Origin: an uncultured Clostridia bacterium | GTDB lineage: Bacteria; Acidobacteriota; Aminicenantia; UBA2199 | Direction of reading: 5' to 3' | NCBI GenBank assembly: GCA_964614865.1 | Contig: CAZTNO010000002.1 | Coordinates: forward strand, 1-41,225 | DNA: 41,225 nucleotides | Shown here: positions 10,746 to 19,022 of the stretch, in pieces | Numbering within the stretch: the first letter of the stretch is position 1 | Layout of the letters: each line of letters starts with the position of its first letter | The notes under the pieces: generated by a model | What the model saw: only the letters and a program-made list of their open reading frames with translations | Database searches by the model: none | Told to the model about the DNA's origin: nothing | Position numbers and translations under genes: made by a program

Positions 10746-12560
10746 ATGGGCAAGACCATCGGCATCGACCTGGGCACCACCAACTCCTGCGTCTCGGTGA
10801 TGGAGGGCAAGGAGGCGGTGATCATCCCCAACCCCGAGGGAGCCCGGGTGATCCCCACCATGGTGGCGGTGGGCCGCGATGGCAAACGGATTTACGGAAA
10901 CGTGGCCAAGCGCCAGTTGGCCGGCGGCGGCGTCACCCCCATTTGGGGAATCAAGCGCTTGATCGGCCGCAAATTCGAGTCCGACGAGGTGCGCGAGATC
11001 CACAAGCGGACCAGCTTCTCGATCGTTGCCGCCGACAACGGCGACGTCAAGGTGCAACTGGGCGAACGCTTCCACTCGCCCGAGGAAATCTCGGGCATGT
11101 TCCTCACCTATCTCAAGTCGATTGCCGAAACCTATCTGGGCGAGCCGGTCAGCGAGGCGGTCATCACCGTGCCCGCCTTTTTCAACGACGCCCAGCGTCA
11201 GGCCACCAAGGTTGCCGGCGAAATCGCCGGGCTCAGCGTGGCGCGCATCGTCAACGAGCCCACCGCCGCCCTGCTGGCCTACGGTGAAAAGATCACCCGC
11301 GGCGGCATCTACGCCGTCTACGACCTGGGCGGAGGGACCTTCGACATCTCGATCGTCGAGGTGCGCGACGACGTGTACAAGGTGGTCTCGTCGCTCGGCG
11401 ACACCTTCCTCGGCGGCAGCGACTTCGACGCCCGCATCTGCGACTGGATCCTTGCCGAAACCCAGCGCGAAACCGGGGTCGACCTGAGCGAAAACCGCGA
11501 GATCGTGCAGCGCATGATGCAGGTGGCCGAAAAGGCCAAAATCGAGCTCTCCTTCAACCAGGAGACGCTGGTGGCCATCCCCTACCTGCACCACTTCGCC
11601 GATGGCACCAACTACCATTTTCAGCGCAAATTCACCCGCGCCCAACTCGAGGCCGCTTGCGGCGACCTGGTCGGACGCACCATCACCCTGATCGGCCAGG
11701 CTTTGGAAGACATCGGGGTCGCCCCGGGAGACGTGGAGCGGGTGGTGCTCGTCGGGGGCCAGAGCCGCATGCCCATGGTTGGCGAGCGGCTGGCCGTTTT
11801 CTTCGGCAGACCCCCCGCCATCGACATCAACCCCGAAGAGGTGGTGGCCCAGGGGGCGGCCATCCAGTCCGAGATCCTCCGCGGCCGGGTACGCGACCTG
11901 CTGCTGCTCGACGTCACCCCCCTCTCGATCGGCGTCGAGACCAAAGGCGACGTCTTCACCCGCATCATCGAGCGCAACGCCACCATCCCCATCAAGAAAT
12001 CGATGGTCTTCACCACCATCGCCGACAACCAGACCACGGTGAAAATCCACGTCCTGCAGGGCGAGCGCGAAATCGCTTCGGCCAACAAGTCGCTGGGCTT
12101 CTTCGACCTGGTCGGGGTCCCCCTGGCTCCCCGCGGCATCCCCCAGATCGAGGTGAGTTTCGAGATCGACGCCAACGGCATCGCCGTCGTTTCGGCGGTC
12201 GACAAGCAGACCGGTCTCTCCCAGAGCATGCGCATCCAGCCCTCCAGCGGCCTCTCCCCCCAGGAGATCGAACGCATCCTGCACGAATCGGAACACTTCG
12301 AGGAAGAGGACCGCAAGAAGGTCCGCATCAACCAGCTCCGGCTGCTGCTGCGCGAGGAGTGCAACTCGGTCCAGTCGTGCTACAACCGCTACGTCGAGAA
12401 ACTCTCCGAAGCCGAACGCGAGGATTCCGATGCCTTGCTCGCCCGGGCCGAACGCACCCTGCTCGAGGGCGATGTCCCCCTGCTGGAAACGGTGCTGGTC
12501 AAGGTGCAGAACCTGCGTGGCCGGATCAACCAGATCCTGCTGGCCGAGTTCGCCAAGTAA
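10746..12560 (+). CDS. dnaK: Hsp70-family chaperone DnaK (short, divergent, 604 aa)
   Basis: GIDLGTTNSCVSV, VITVPAFFNDAQRQATK, NEPTAALLAYG, DLGGGTFDISIV, LVGGQSRMP, LLLDVTPLSIGVET. It sits between grpE and dnaJ. Confidence 0.9.
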   Translation: MGKTIGIDLGTTNSCVSVMEGKEAVIIPNPEGARVIPTMVAVGRDGKRIYGNVAKRQLAGGGVTPIWGIKRLIGRKFESDEVREIHKRTSFSIVAADNGDVKVQLGERFHSPEEISGMFLTYLKSIAETYLGEPVSEAVITVPAFFNDAQRQATKVAGEIAGLSVARIVNEPTAALLAYGEKITRGGIYAVYDLGGGTFDISIVEVRDDVYKVVSSLGDTFLGGSDFDARICDWILAETQRETGVDLSENREIVQRMMQVAEKAKIELSFNQETLVAIPYLHHFADGTNYHFQRKFTRAQLEAACGDLVGRTITLIGQALEDIGVAPGDVERVVLVGGQSRMPMVGERLAVFFGRPPAIDINPEEVVAQGAAIQSEILRGRVRDLLLLDVTPLSIGVETKGDVFTRIIERNATIPIKKSMVFTTIADNQTTVKIHVLQGEREIASANKSLGFFDLVGVPLAPRGIPQIEVSFEIDANGIAVVSAVDKQTGLSQSMRIQPSSGLSPQEIERILHESEHFEEEDRKKVRINQLRLLLREECNSVQSCYNRYVEKLSEAEREDSDALLARAERTLLEGDVPLLETVLVKVQNLRGRINQILLAEFAK

Positions 12561-12566
12561 CCCGCC

Positions 12567-13679
12567 ATGAAGAAACGAGATTACTACGAAATACTGGGCG
12601 TCGGCAAAGACGCCGGCGCCGACGAAATCAAGAAGGCTTACCGGCAGCTGGCTTTGCAGTACCACCCCGACCACAACCAGGGCGACGACCAGAGCGAGGA
12701 GAAGTTCAAGGAAGCCTCGGAGGCCTACTCGGTGCTGGGCAACCCCGACAAACGCAAGATCTACGACCAGTACGGCCACGAGGGGCTGCGCGGCAACGGC
12801 GGCGGCCCCGGCGACTTCGGCTTCTCCGACTCCATTTTCGCCGATTTCGGCGACATCCTGGGCGACCTGTTCGGTTTCGGCAGCTTCTTCTCCGGCTCCC
12901 GAGGCGGCCGCGCGCAGCGCAAAGGGCGGGACATGGGGATCGAGATCTCGCTGACCATCGAGGAAGCCTACCGCGGGGTCAGCCGGGAAGTGGCGGTGGA
13001 ACGCGAAAAGGGTTGTGCCGATTGTTCCGGCTCGGGCTCCGAAGCCGGTCATGCGCCCGAAACCTGCCGGGCCTGCGGCGGTGCCGGCCAGGTCCGCCGA
13101 TCCCAGGGTTTTTTCTCGATCGCCACCCCTTGCAGCCGGTGCGGCGGATCGGGCCAGACCATCACCCACCCTTGCAAGAAGTGCCGAGGGTCGGGGCGCA
13201 TCGTCGAAGAAAAGAAACTCTCGGTCACCTTCCCCCCCGGAATCGACAGCGGCAACCGGATGCGGGTGGTCGGCGAAGGGGAGGACGGCCACCAGGGAGG
13301 GCGCCCCGGCGACCTCTACCTGATGGTGCGGGTCGAGGACGACGGAAAGCACCAGCGACAGGGCAACGACCTGCTGCTGACCGTCCCCGTTTCCTTCGCC
13401 CAGGCAGCCCTGGGTGACGAAATCCCCCTCGTCACCTTCGCCGATGCCGAGCAGGTGAAGATCCCCGCCGGCACCCAGAGTGGTCAGATCATCCGCCTCA
13501 AGGGAAAGGGGTTCCGCGAGGTCAACCGCTCGGGACGGGGTGACCTGCTGATCATCGCCCAGGTACGCACCCCGACCAAACTCACCTCCCGCGAGGAGGC
13601 CCTGTTGCGGGAGTTGCGCGACCTCGAGAAGGGACGCGATGCGGCCCCGGGCGAACGCAAGAAGAGGCTGTTCCACTGA
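12567..13679 (+). CDS. dnaJ: co-chaperone DnaJ
   Basis: J domain DYYEILGV...YHPDHN, a Gly/Phe-rich linker, and four CxxCxGxG zinc-finger motifs ([32 protein letters not shown]). Confidence 0.95.
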   Translation: MKKRDYYEILGVGKDAGADEIKKAYRQLALQYHPDHNQGDDQSEEKFKEASEAYSVLGNPDKRKIYDQYGHEGLRGNGGGPGDFGFSDSIFADFGDILGDLFGFGSFFSGSRGGRAQRKGRDMGIEISLTIEEAYRGVSREVAVEREKGCADCSGSGSEAGHAPETCRACGGAGQVRRSQGFFSIATPCSRCGGSGQTITHPCKKCRGSGRIVEEKKLSVTFPPGIDSGNRMRVVGEGEDGHQGGRPGDLYLMVRVEDDGKHQRQGNDLLLTVPVSFAQAALGDEIPLVTFADAEQVKIPAGTQSGQIIRLKGKGFREVNRSGRGDLLIIAQVRTPTKLTSREEALLRELRDLEKGRDAAPGERKKRLFH

Positions 13680-14380
13680 TGCACCTGCGTCGGTTTTTCG
13701 TTCCGGGCCCAATCGAAGCGACCCCCCGGCCTATCGAGGGCGGCGAGTTTCACCACCTCAAGACAGTGCTACGCGCCCGCCTTGGCGAGGAGATCGAGCT
13801 GGTCGACGGCCAGGGGCGGCTGGGTACCGGCCGGATCCTGCGCATGGAGAGCCGGCGCGCCCTGGTCGGGATCGAGCGGGTCGAAACGGTTCCTCCGCCT
13901 CCCCCGGGGGTGGTGGTCGCCTGCCCGCCCCTGAAACACCACGCCATGAACTGGATGGTGGAAAAACTCTGCGAACTGGGGGTCGACGAGATCCGCCCCA
14001 CCCGCTTCGAGCGGACCGATGGCACCACCGCCCTCGATGCCGGAGAGCGCTGGCAAGGGCTCGCCCAACAGGCCCTGAAGGTGAACCGGCGGCTGTGGCA
14101 GACCCGGATTGCCCCGCTGTCCCCGCTGGATGACGTGCTGACGGCAGCGCCGGCGTTTGCCGCCCGCATCGCCGGCGACCTGGCGGGCGCTCCATGGCCG
14201 CAACACCCCCTGCCCCGCCCCACCCTGCTGCTGATCGGCCCGCCGGGAGATTTCACCGCCGGGGAGTGGCAGCGCATCGCCGCCGCCGGTTTTTCCCGCC
14301 ACCACATCGGCACCTGCCTGCTCAAAAGCGAAACCGCGGCCATCGCCGCCGCCGCCCTGCTGGTCTCATGCTCGAACTGA
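13679..14380 (+). CDS. rsmE: 16S rRNA (uracil1498-N3)-methyltransferase RsmE
   Basis: MHLRRFFV...HHLKTVLRARLGEEIELVDGQG...LLIGPPGDFT...LLKSETAAI matches the RsmE pattern. Its start shares the A of the dnaJ TGA (TGATG). Confidence 0.8.
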   Translation: MHLRRFFVPGPIEATPRPIEGGEFHHLKTVLRARLGEEIELVDGQGRLGTGRILRMESRRALVGIERVETVPPPPPGVVVACPPLKHHAMNWMVEKLCELGVDEIRPTRFERTDGTTALDAGERWQGLAQQALKVNRRLWQTRIAPLSPLDDVLTAAPAFAARIAGDLAGAPWPQHPLPRPTLLLIGPPGDFTAGEWQRIAAAGFSRHHIGTCLLKSETAAIAAAALLVSCSN

Positions 14381-15321
14381 ACGGCCTGCTCGGCAAGTAC
14401 CAGATCGAGAAAAAGCTGGGCTCCGGAGGCTTCGGTACCGTCTACCTGGCCGAAGACACCATGCTCCGGGTGAAGCGGGCCCTCAAGATCCCCCACCGCA
14501 ACGCTGCCCAGCTCGAGAAGATGACCGAAGAGGGGCGCGTGCAGACCCGCCTGCTCGATCATCCCAACATCGTCAAGCTGCTGACCCTCGAGTCCATCGA
14601 CGGCATCTTCGTGATGGTCATGGAGTACATCGAGGGCACCGATCTGGAAAAGATGATCGACGAGCAGGAGACTCTCGACATCTCGGCCGCCCTGCACTAC
14701 CTGCGCCAGATCCTGTCGGCGCTCGAATTCGCCCATAATCACCGCATCCTGCACCGCGACATCCGCCCGTCCAACATCCTGATCACCAAGGCGGGCAACC
14801 AGGTGAAGATCACCGACTTCGGCACCTCCACCCTGCTCGATGACGCCAAGCCGTTCGCCACCACCCGCATCGGCTCCCCCCCCTACATGGCCCCGGAACA
14901 GTTCGAGGGCAAGGCGGTCTTCGCCTCTGACCTCTACTCGGCGGGCTGCCTGTTCTACGAGATGGTCACCGGTTTCCCGCCCATCGTGCTGGCCAACCCG
15001 ATGGAGATCTACAACCGCGCCAGGGCCGGCGATTTCCCCTCGCTGGAGAGCAAAAACCACCGAATTTCTTCGGAATTGAACCGGGTGATCATGAAGGCGC
15101 TGGCCCCCGCCGCCCGCGACCGCTATCCGACCGCCGGCGAATTTCTGGCCGAGTTGGACCGCCAGGAAAACAGGAGCGCCGACATCCACCAGGTGATGGA
15201 GGACATCCACCACCGCATCCAGGTCCGCGAAACCCGGATCGACCACGTGTGCTGGAACTGCCGCAAATCGTTCCCCGCCAGCGGGAGGAACCGCTGCCCG
15301 TACTGCGGGGAAGAGCGATGA
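14368..15321 (+). CDS. small cytoplasmic Ser/Thr protein kinase with C-terminal zinc-ribbon (CxxC...CxxC)
   Basis: GSGGFGTVYLAED, ALKI, HRDIRPSNILI, DFGTS, GSPPYMAPEQ. The C-terminus reads CWNCRKSFPASGRNRCPYCG. Start set at ATG 14368, overlapping the rsmE end by 13 nt. The Arg/Pro-rich extension from 14194 is judged an artefact. Confidence 0.85.
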   Translation: MLELNGLLGKYQIEKKLGSGGFGTVYLAEDTMLRVKRALKIPHRNAAQLEKMTEEGRVQTRLLDHPNIVKLLTLESIDGIFVMVMEYIEGTDLEKMIDEQETLDISAALHYLRQILSALEFAHNHRILHRDIRPSNILITKAGNQVKITDFGTSTLLDDAKPFATTRIGSPPYMAPEQFEGKAVFASDLYSAGCLFYEMVTGFPPIVLANPMEIYNRARAGDFPSLESKNHRISSELNRVIMKALAPAARDRYPTAGEFLAELDRQENRSADIHQVMEDIHHRIQVRETRIDHVCWNCRKSFPASGRNRCPYCGEER

Positions 15322-15341
15322 TTGTCCCAAAAGGAGCCCGG

Positions 15342-15626
15342 ATGGACTATCTGACCAAGATCGAAGGGCGCCAGGTCGCCCACATCGTCCTGTTTGCCCT
15401 GAGCACTTGCGTCTGGTGCCGCCGCACCCGACAGCTGCTCGACAGCCTGGGGTTGGCGTACGCGTACACCCATGTCGATCAGCTGGTCGGCGAATCGGCG
15501 CGCAGGGCCGAAGAGGATCTGGCTCGCTGGAACCCGATGGGATCCTTTCCCACCCTGGTGATCGACGACCGCACCGTGATCACCGGATTTGCCGAAAAAA
15601 AAATCCGCGAGGCCCTCGGTGTCTGA
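15342..15626 (+). CDS. glutaredoxin/thioredoxin-fold protein (CVWC active site)
   Basis: HIVLFALSTCVWCRRTRQLLDSLGLAY...FPTLVIDDRTVITGF is a glutaredoxin-like fold. An AAGGAG SD lies 6 nt before ATG 15342. An alternative ATG at 15318 overlaps the kinase stop (ATGA). Confidence 0.75.
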   Translation: MDYLTKIEGRQVAHIVLFALSTCVWCRRTRQLLDSLGLAYAYTHVDQLVGESARRAEEDLARWNPMGSFPTLVIDDRTVITGFAEKKIREALGV

Positions 15627-16134
15627 GCCCCTCCCCCCGATCAGCGACGAGCAGGTTGCCCGCCTGGCCGACCGGCTGGAGCGCGAGGCCGAGGCCGGAG
15701 GCTACCACCTCAACCCCGACCGGCAGTTCACCCTGGAGCTGGTCGCCGGTTTGCTGGAAAACGAGCGCCGCTACGGCTACCCTTCCTGCCCCTGCCGCCT
15801 GGCCGAGGGGAACCAACCGGCCGACCTCGACATCGTCTGCCCTTGCGACTACCGCGATGCCGACCTGACCGAACACGACGCGTGCTACTGCGCCCTCTAC
15901 GTCGCCGGCAAGATCGCCCGCGGAGAGGAGCCCGCAGCACCGATCCCCGAACGACGTCCCCCCAAAAACCTGCGCGCCCTACCGGCGCCGGCTGCGGGCG
16001 TTCCGCTGCGGGCCCCGCTGCCGCTCCCCGTCTGGCACTGTAGGGTGTGCGGCTACCTGTGCGCCCGCGAGAGCCCCCCCGAGACTTGCCCGATCTGCAA
16101 AGCGAAGAAAGACCGATTCCAACGATTCTGGTGA
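15619..16134 (+). CDS. ferredoxin:thioredoxin-reductase catalytic-subunit-like domain fused to a C-terminal rubredoxin-like domain
   Basis: YHLNPD...YPSCPCRLA...DIVCPCDYRD...DACYCALYV is the FTR catalytic Cys pattern (CPC...CPC...CxC). The C-terminal WHCRVCGY...CPICKAKKDRF is a rubredoxin-type Cys4 motif. Start uncertain: GTG 15619 has a GAGG SD 6 nt upstream; the frame is also open from TTG 15589. Confidence 0.8.
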   Translation: MSEPLPPISDEQVARLADRLEREAEAGGYHLNPDRQFTLELVAGLLENERRYGYPSCPCRLAEGNQPADLDIVCPCDYRDADLTEHDACYCALYVAGKIARGEEPAAPIPERRPPKNLRALPAPAAGVPLRAPLPLPVWHCRVCGYLCARESPPETCPICKAKKDRFQRFW

Positions 16135-16144
16135 GGAGAAACTC

Positions 16145-17410
16145 ATGGACCGAGAAGACCTGTTCCGCAAACTGCAGCAACCCGGAGAGCAAAAGATGGT
16201 GCTGGTCGTGCTCGACGGCCTCGGTGGCCTCCCGCTGAAAGGCCGGACCGAGCTCGAGACGGCCGAAACGCCGAACCTCGACCTGCTCGCCGCCGAGAGC
16301 GAGTTGGGGTTGACCCATCCGATCGGCGTGGGCATCACCCCGGGATCGGGTCCCGCCCACCTTTCTCTGTTCGGCTACGACCCCCTGAAGTACGAGATCG
16401 GCCGCGGCATCCTCGAAGCCCTCGGATCGGGGGTCGAGGTGACCGCCCGCGACGTGGCGGTGCGCGGCAACTTCGCCACCCAGCAGGACGGGATCATCAC
16501 CGACCGCAGAGCCGGCCGCCTGCCCACCGACGCCAACCGCGAGGTGGTCGCCTTCCTGAGCGAGCGGATCCGCCAGATCGAGGACGTGGAAATCTCGCTG
16601 ACCTCGGGCGAGGAACACCGCTTCGTCCTCCGGCTCCGCGGCGACGGCCTCGACGATGCCCTGACCGACGCCGACCCCGAGGCTGCCGGGCTACCGATCC
16701 GCCACACCACAGCCAAGCGGCCGCAGGCCGAAAAAACGGCCCGCATCGTCAACCGTTTTCTCGACGACATGACCGCGGCGCTGGTCGGGCGGATGCCGGC
16801 CAACACCTGCCTGCTACGCGGGTTTTCCAAGTACCCGGCGATCCCCTCGATGAACGACCTGTTCGCCCTCCGCACCGCCGCCATCGCCGTCTACCCGATG
16901 TACCGGGGGCTCGCCCAACTCGTGGGTATGGAAATACTGCCCACCGGCCGGACCCTCGAAGACCAGTTCCGCACCCTCAAGGAGAACTTCGACCGCTTCG
17001 ACTTCTTCTTCGTCCACGTCAAGAAAACCGATTCGTATGGCGAGGACGGCAACTTCGACGCCAAGGTGCACGTGATCGAGGAATTCGACCACTGGCTACC
17101 CGCGTTGCTGGAGTTGCGCCCCGACGTGCTGGCGATCACCGGCGACCACTCCACTCCGGCGGTGATGAAATCCCACTCCTGGCACCCCAATCCCTTCCTG
17201 ATCAAAGCCGCCCACCAGCGGTTTGCCCCCCCCCCGCCGACGGGGCCGGATGAGCGGGAGGGCAAGGAAAGTTGCTGTGCCGCCTCCTTCCGCCGCCCCT
17301 CGTTCGGCGAAGGGACCTGCGCCGCCGGCGTCCTGGGGCGCTTCGCCTCGATGGACATCCTGCCGTTGATGATGGCCAACGCCGGGAGATTCAAGAAGTA
17401 TGGCGCCTGA
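16145..17410 (+). CDS. apgM: cofactor-independent phosphoglycerate mutase, archaeal-type (ApgM family)
   Basis: KMVLVVLDGLGGLP...ETAETPNLDLLA...ITGDHSTPAVMKSHSWHPNPF...GRFASMDILPLMMANAGRFKKYGA is the ApgM-like pattern. A GAGGAG SD lies upstream. Confidence 0.75.
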   Translation: MDREDLFRKLQQPGEQKMVLVVLDGLGGLPLKGRTELETAETPNLDLLAAESELGLTHPIGVGITPGSGPAHLSLFGYDPLKYEIGRGILEALGSGVEVTARDVAVRGNFATQQDGIITDRRAGRLPTDANREVVAFLSERIRQIEDVEISLTSGEEHRFVLRLRGDGLDDALTDADPEAAGLPIRHTTAKRPQAEKTARIVNRFLDDMTAALVGRMPANTCLLRGFSKYPAIPSMNDLFALRTAAIAVYPMYRGLAQLVGMEILPTGRTLEDQFRTLKENFDRFDFFFVHVKKTDSYGEDGNFDAKVHVIEEFDHWLPALLELRPDVLAITGDHSTPAVMKSHSWHPNPFLIKAAHQRFAPPPPTGPDEREGKESCCAASFRRPSFGEGTCAAGVLGRFASMDILPLMMANAGRFKKYGA

Positions 17411-18032
17411 TCCGGTCCGTCACGAAGTGCTGGCGGTCGGTGCGCTCCAGACCAACTGCTACCTGGTCTGGGGAGAGGGACGCAGCGATTGCCTGGTGAT
17501 CGATCCCGGCGCCGAGGGAGAGCGGATCGTCACCCGCCTGCGCGGGCTGGGCCTCACCCCCGCGGCCATCGTGCTGACCCACGGACACTGGGACCATTCG
17601 GGCGGGGAGTTGCCCCTGCGGAAGGCGTTTTCCGTTCCCCTCTACCTGCACCCGGCCGACCAGCCGGTCCTGTCCTCGGCAATCAATCGCAGCATGGCGG
17701 GCGATTTTGGCGTGGAGCCCCCCACCACCACCGATCACCCCCTGACCGACGAAAAAGAAACAACGCTGGCCGGTTTGGTTGTCGAGGTGCTGGCCACCCC
17801 CGGCCACACCCCGGGCTCGGTGGCCCTGCGGATCGGCGACCGGTTGTACTCGGGAGACACCCTGTTCGCCGGTTCGGTCGGGCGAACCGACCTGCCCGGA
17901 GGCGACTTTCGCCGCTTGCAGGACTCGCTGGCACGACTGTGCCTCCTCCCCCCCACGACCCGGGTCTTCCCCGGCCACGGAGAGTCGACCACCCTGGCGG
18001 TCGAGATCGCCACCAACCCCTACCTGCCATGA
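17400..18032 (+). CDS. MBL-fold metallo-hydrolase (glyoxalase II-like)
   Basis: VLTHGHWDHSGG (HxHxDH), TPGHTPGS, GDTLFAGSVGRTDLPGG, PGHG. It overlaps the apgM end by 11 nt. Confidence 0.85.
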   Translation: MAPDPVRHEVLAVGALQTNCYLVWGEGRSDCLVIDPGAEGERIVTRLRGLGLTPAAIVLTHGHWDHSGGELPLRKAFSVPLYLHPADQPVLSSAINRSMAGDFGVEPPTTTDHPLTDEKETTLAGLVVEVLATPGHTPGSVALRIGDRLYSGDTLFAGSVGRTDLPGGDFRRLQDSLARLCLLPPTTRVFPGHGESTTLAVEIATNPYLP

Positions 18033-18943
18033 GCGGGGACGCCCAGGACCCCTGGCCAGGACGCTTTCTGGCCCACCTGGAGATCGAACGCGGACTGGCC
18101 AAAAACACCCTGCTCTCGTACCGGCGCGAGTTGGAGAAGTACGCCCTCTTCCTGCGCGAGCGAGGCCTGGACGCCCAAGCCGCCGAGAGCCCGCTGATCC
18201 TGGAGTTTCTGGCCCGCCAAAGCCAGGGAGGGCTGTCCTCTGCCTCGCAGGCGCACCTGCTGTCGGTGCTCCGTTCGTTTTACCGTTTTCTCACCCGCGA
18301 GGAGGTCCTCGCCTCTTCGCCGATGACCGGCATCGACTTCCCCAAGAAATGGCAGCGCCTCCCCCACTACCTCAACGAGGAAGAGGTCGACGCCCTGCTG
18401 GCCGCCCCGAACGCTACCGACCCCGCGGGGCTGCGGGACCGCGCCCTGCTGGAACTGTTGTACAGCACGGGCATGCGCATCTCGGAAATCGCCGACCTGA
18501 CGCTGGACCGCCTCTACCTCAGCGAGCGGTTCGTGCGGGTGTTTGGCAAGGGGAGCAAGGAGCGCATCGTGCCCTTCGGCGAACGGGCGGCCACCTCCCT
18601 CTCCGATTACCTGGAGCGGGGGCGGATCGCCCTGCTGGACAAGCGGCACAGCGAAGCCGTGTTCGTCTCCCGCCGCGGCGGGCCGTTCACCCGCCAGGGG
18701 CTGTGGAAGATCATCACCGCCTTCGGCCGGCAGGTGGGCGTGGGCGACCGCCTGACCCCCCACGTGCTGCGCCACTCGTTCGCCACCCACCTGCTCGAAC
18801 GGGGGGCCGACCTGCGCTCGATCCAGCTGATGCTGGGTCATGCCAGCATCACCACCACCGAAATCTACACCCACCTGGCCCGCGACCAGATCCGCTCGGT
18901 TTACGACCAGGCCCACCCCCGTAGCCGCAAGGGGAGCAAGTAG
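18029..18943 (+). CDS. xerD: tyrosine site-specific recombinase XerD (XerC/XerD family)
   Basis: FLAHLEIERGLAKNTLLSYRREL, LYSTGMRISE, VFGKGSKERIVP, HVLRHSFATHLLERGADLRSIQLMLGHASITTTEIYTH. The ATG overlaps the MBL stop (ATGA). Confidence 0.85.
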   Translation: MSGDAQDPWPGRFLAHLEIERGLAKNTLLSYRRELEKYALFLRERGLDAQAAESPLILEFLARQSQGGLSSASQAHLLSVLRSFYRFLTREEVLASSPMTGIDFPKKWQRLPHYLNEEEVDALLAAPNATDPAGLRDRALLELLYSTGMRISEIADLTLDRLYLSERFVRVFGKGSKERIVPFGERAATSLSDYLERGRIALLDKRHSEAVFVSRRGGPFTRQGLWKIITAFGRQVGVGDRLTPHVLRHSFATHLLERGADLRSIQLMLGHASITTTEIYTHLARDQIRSVYDQAHPRSRKGSK

Positions 18944-19022
18944 GCTCATGCGGATGATTTCAAACGTTTTTTTGCCCGGGGCGGCTCCCCCCCATTGTAT
19001 TCCGCTGTCCGCTTTTGTTACA

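Noticed and set aside
10695-13712. 1005-aa minus-strand ORF spanning dnaK and dnaJ
   Set aside because: Antisense shadow of two unmistakable chaperone genes. The composition is Gly/Ala/Asp/Val-rich and no domains are recognisable.
14194-14367. Arg/Pro-rich N-terminal extensions of track ORFs (14194 for the kinase; likewise 17489..18028 for xerD and 18840..19022 for HD-GYP)
   Set aside because: They overlap the preceding genes in other frames and precede the conserved N-termini. Internal ATGs with stop/start coupling fit better.
13750-15330. 526-aa minus-strand ORF opposite rsmE and the small kinase
   Set aside because: Antisense artefact. The sense genes carry strong motifs.
18029-18943. 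Tyrosine recombinase as evidence for a mobile element or integrated island
   Set aside because: The sequence is XerD-like over its whole length, including the C-terminal HPR end. It is embedded in a housekeeping operon. No att-like repeats or phage/transposon genes are nearby.
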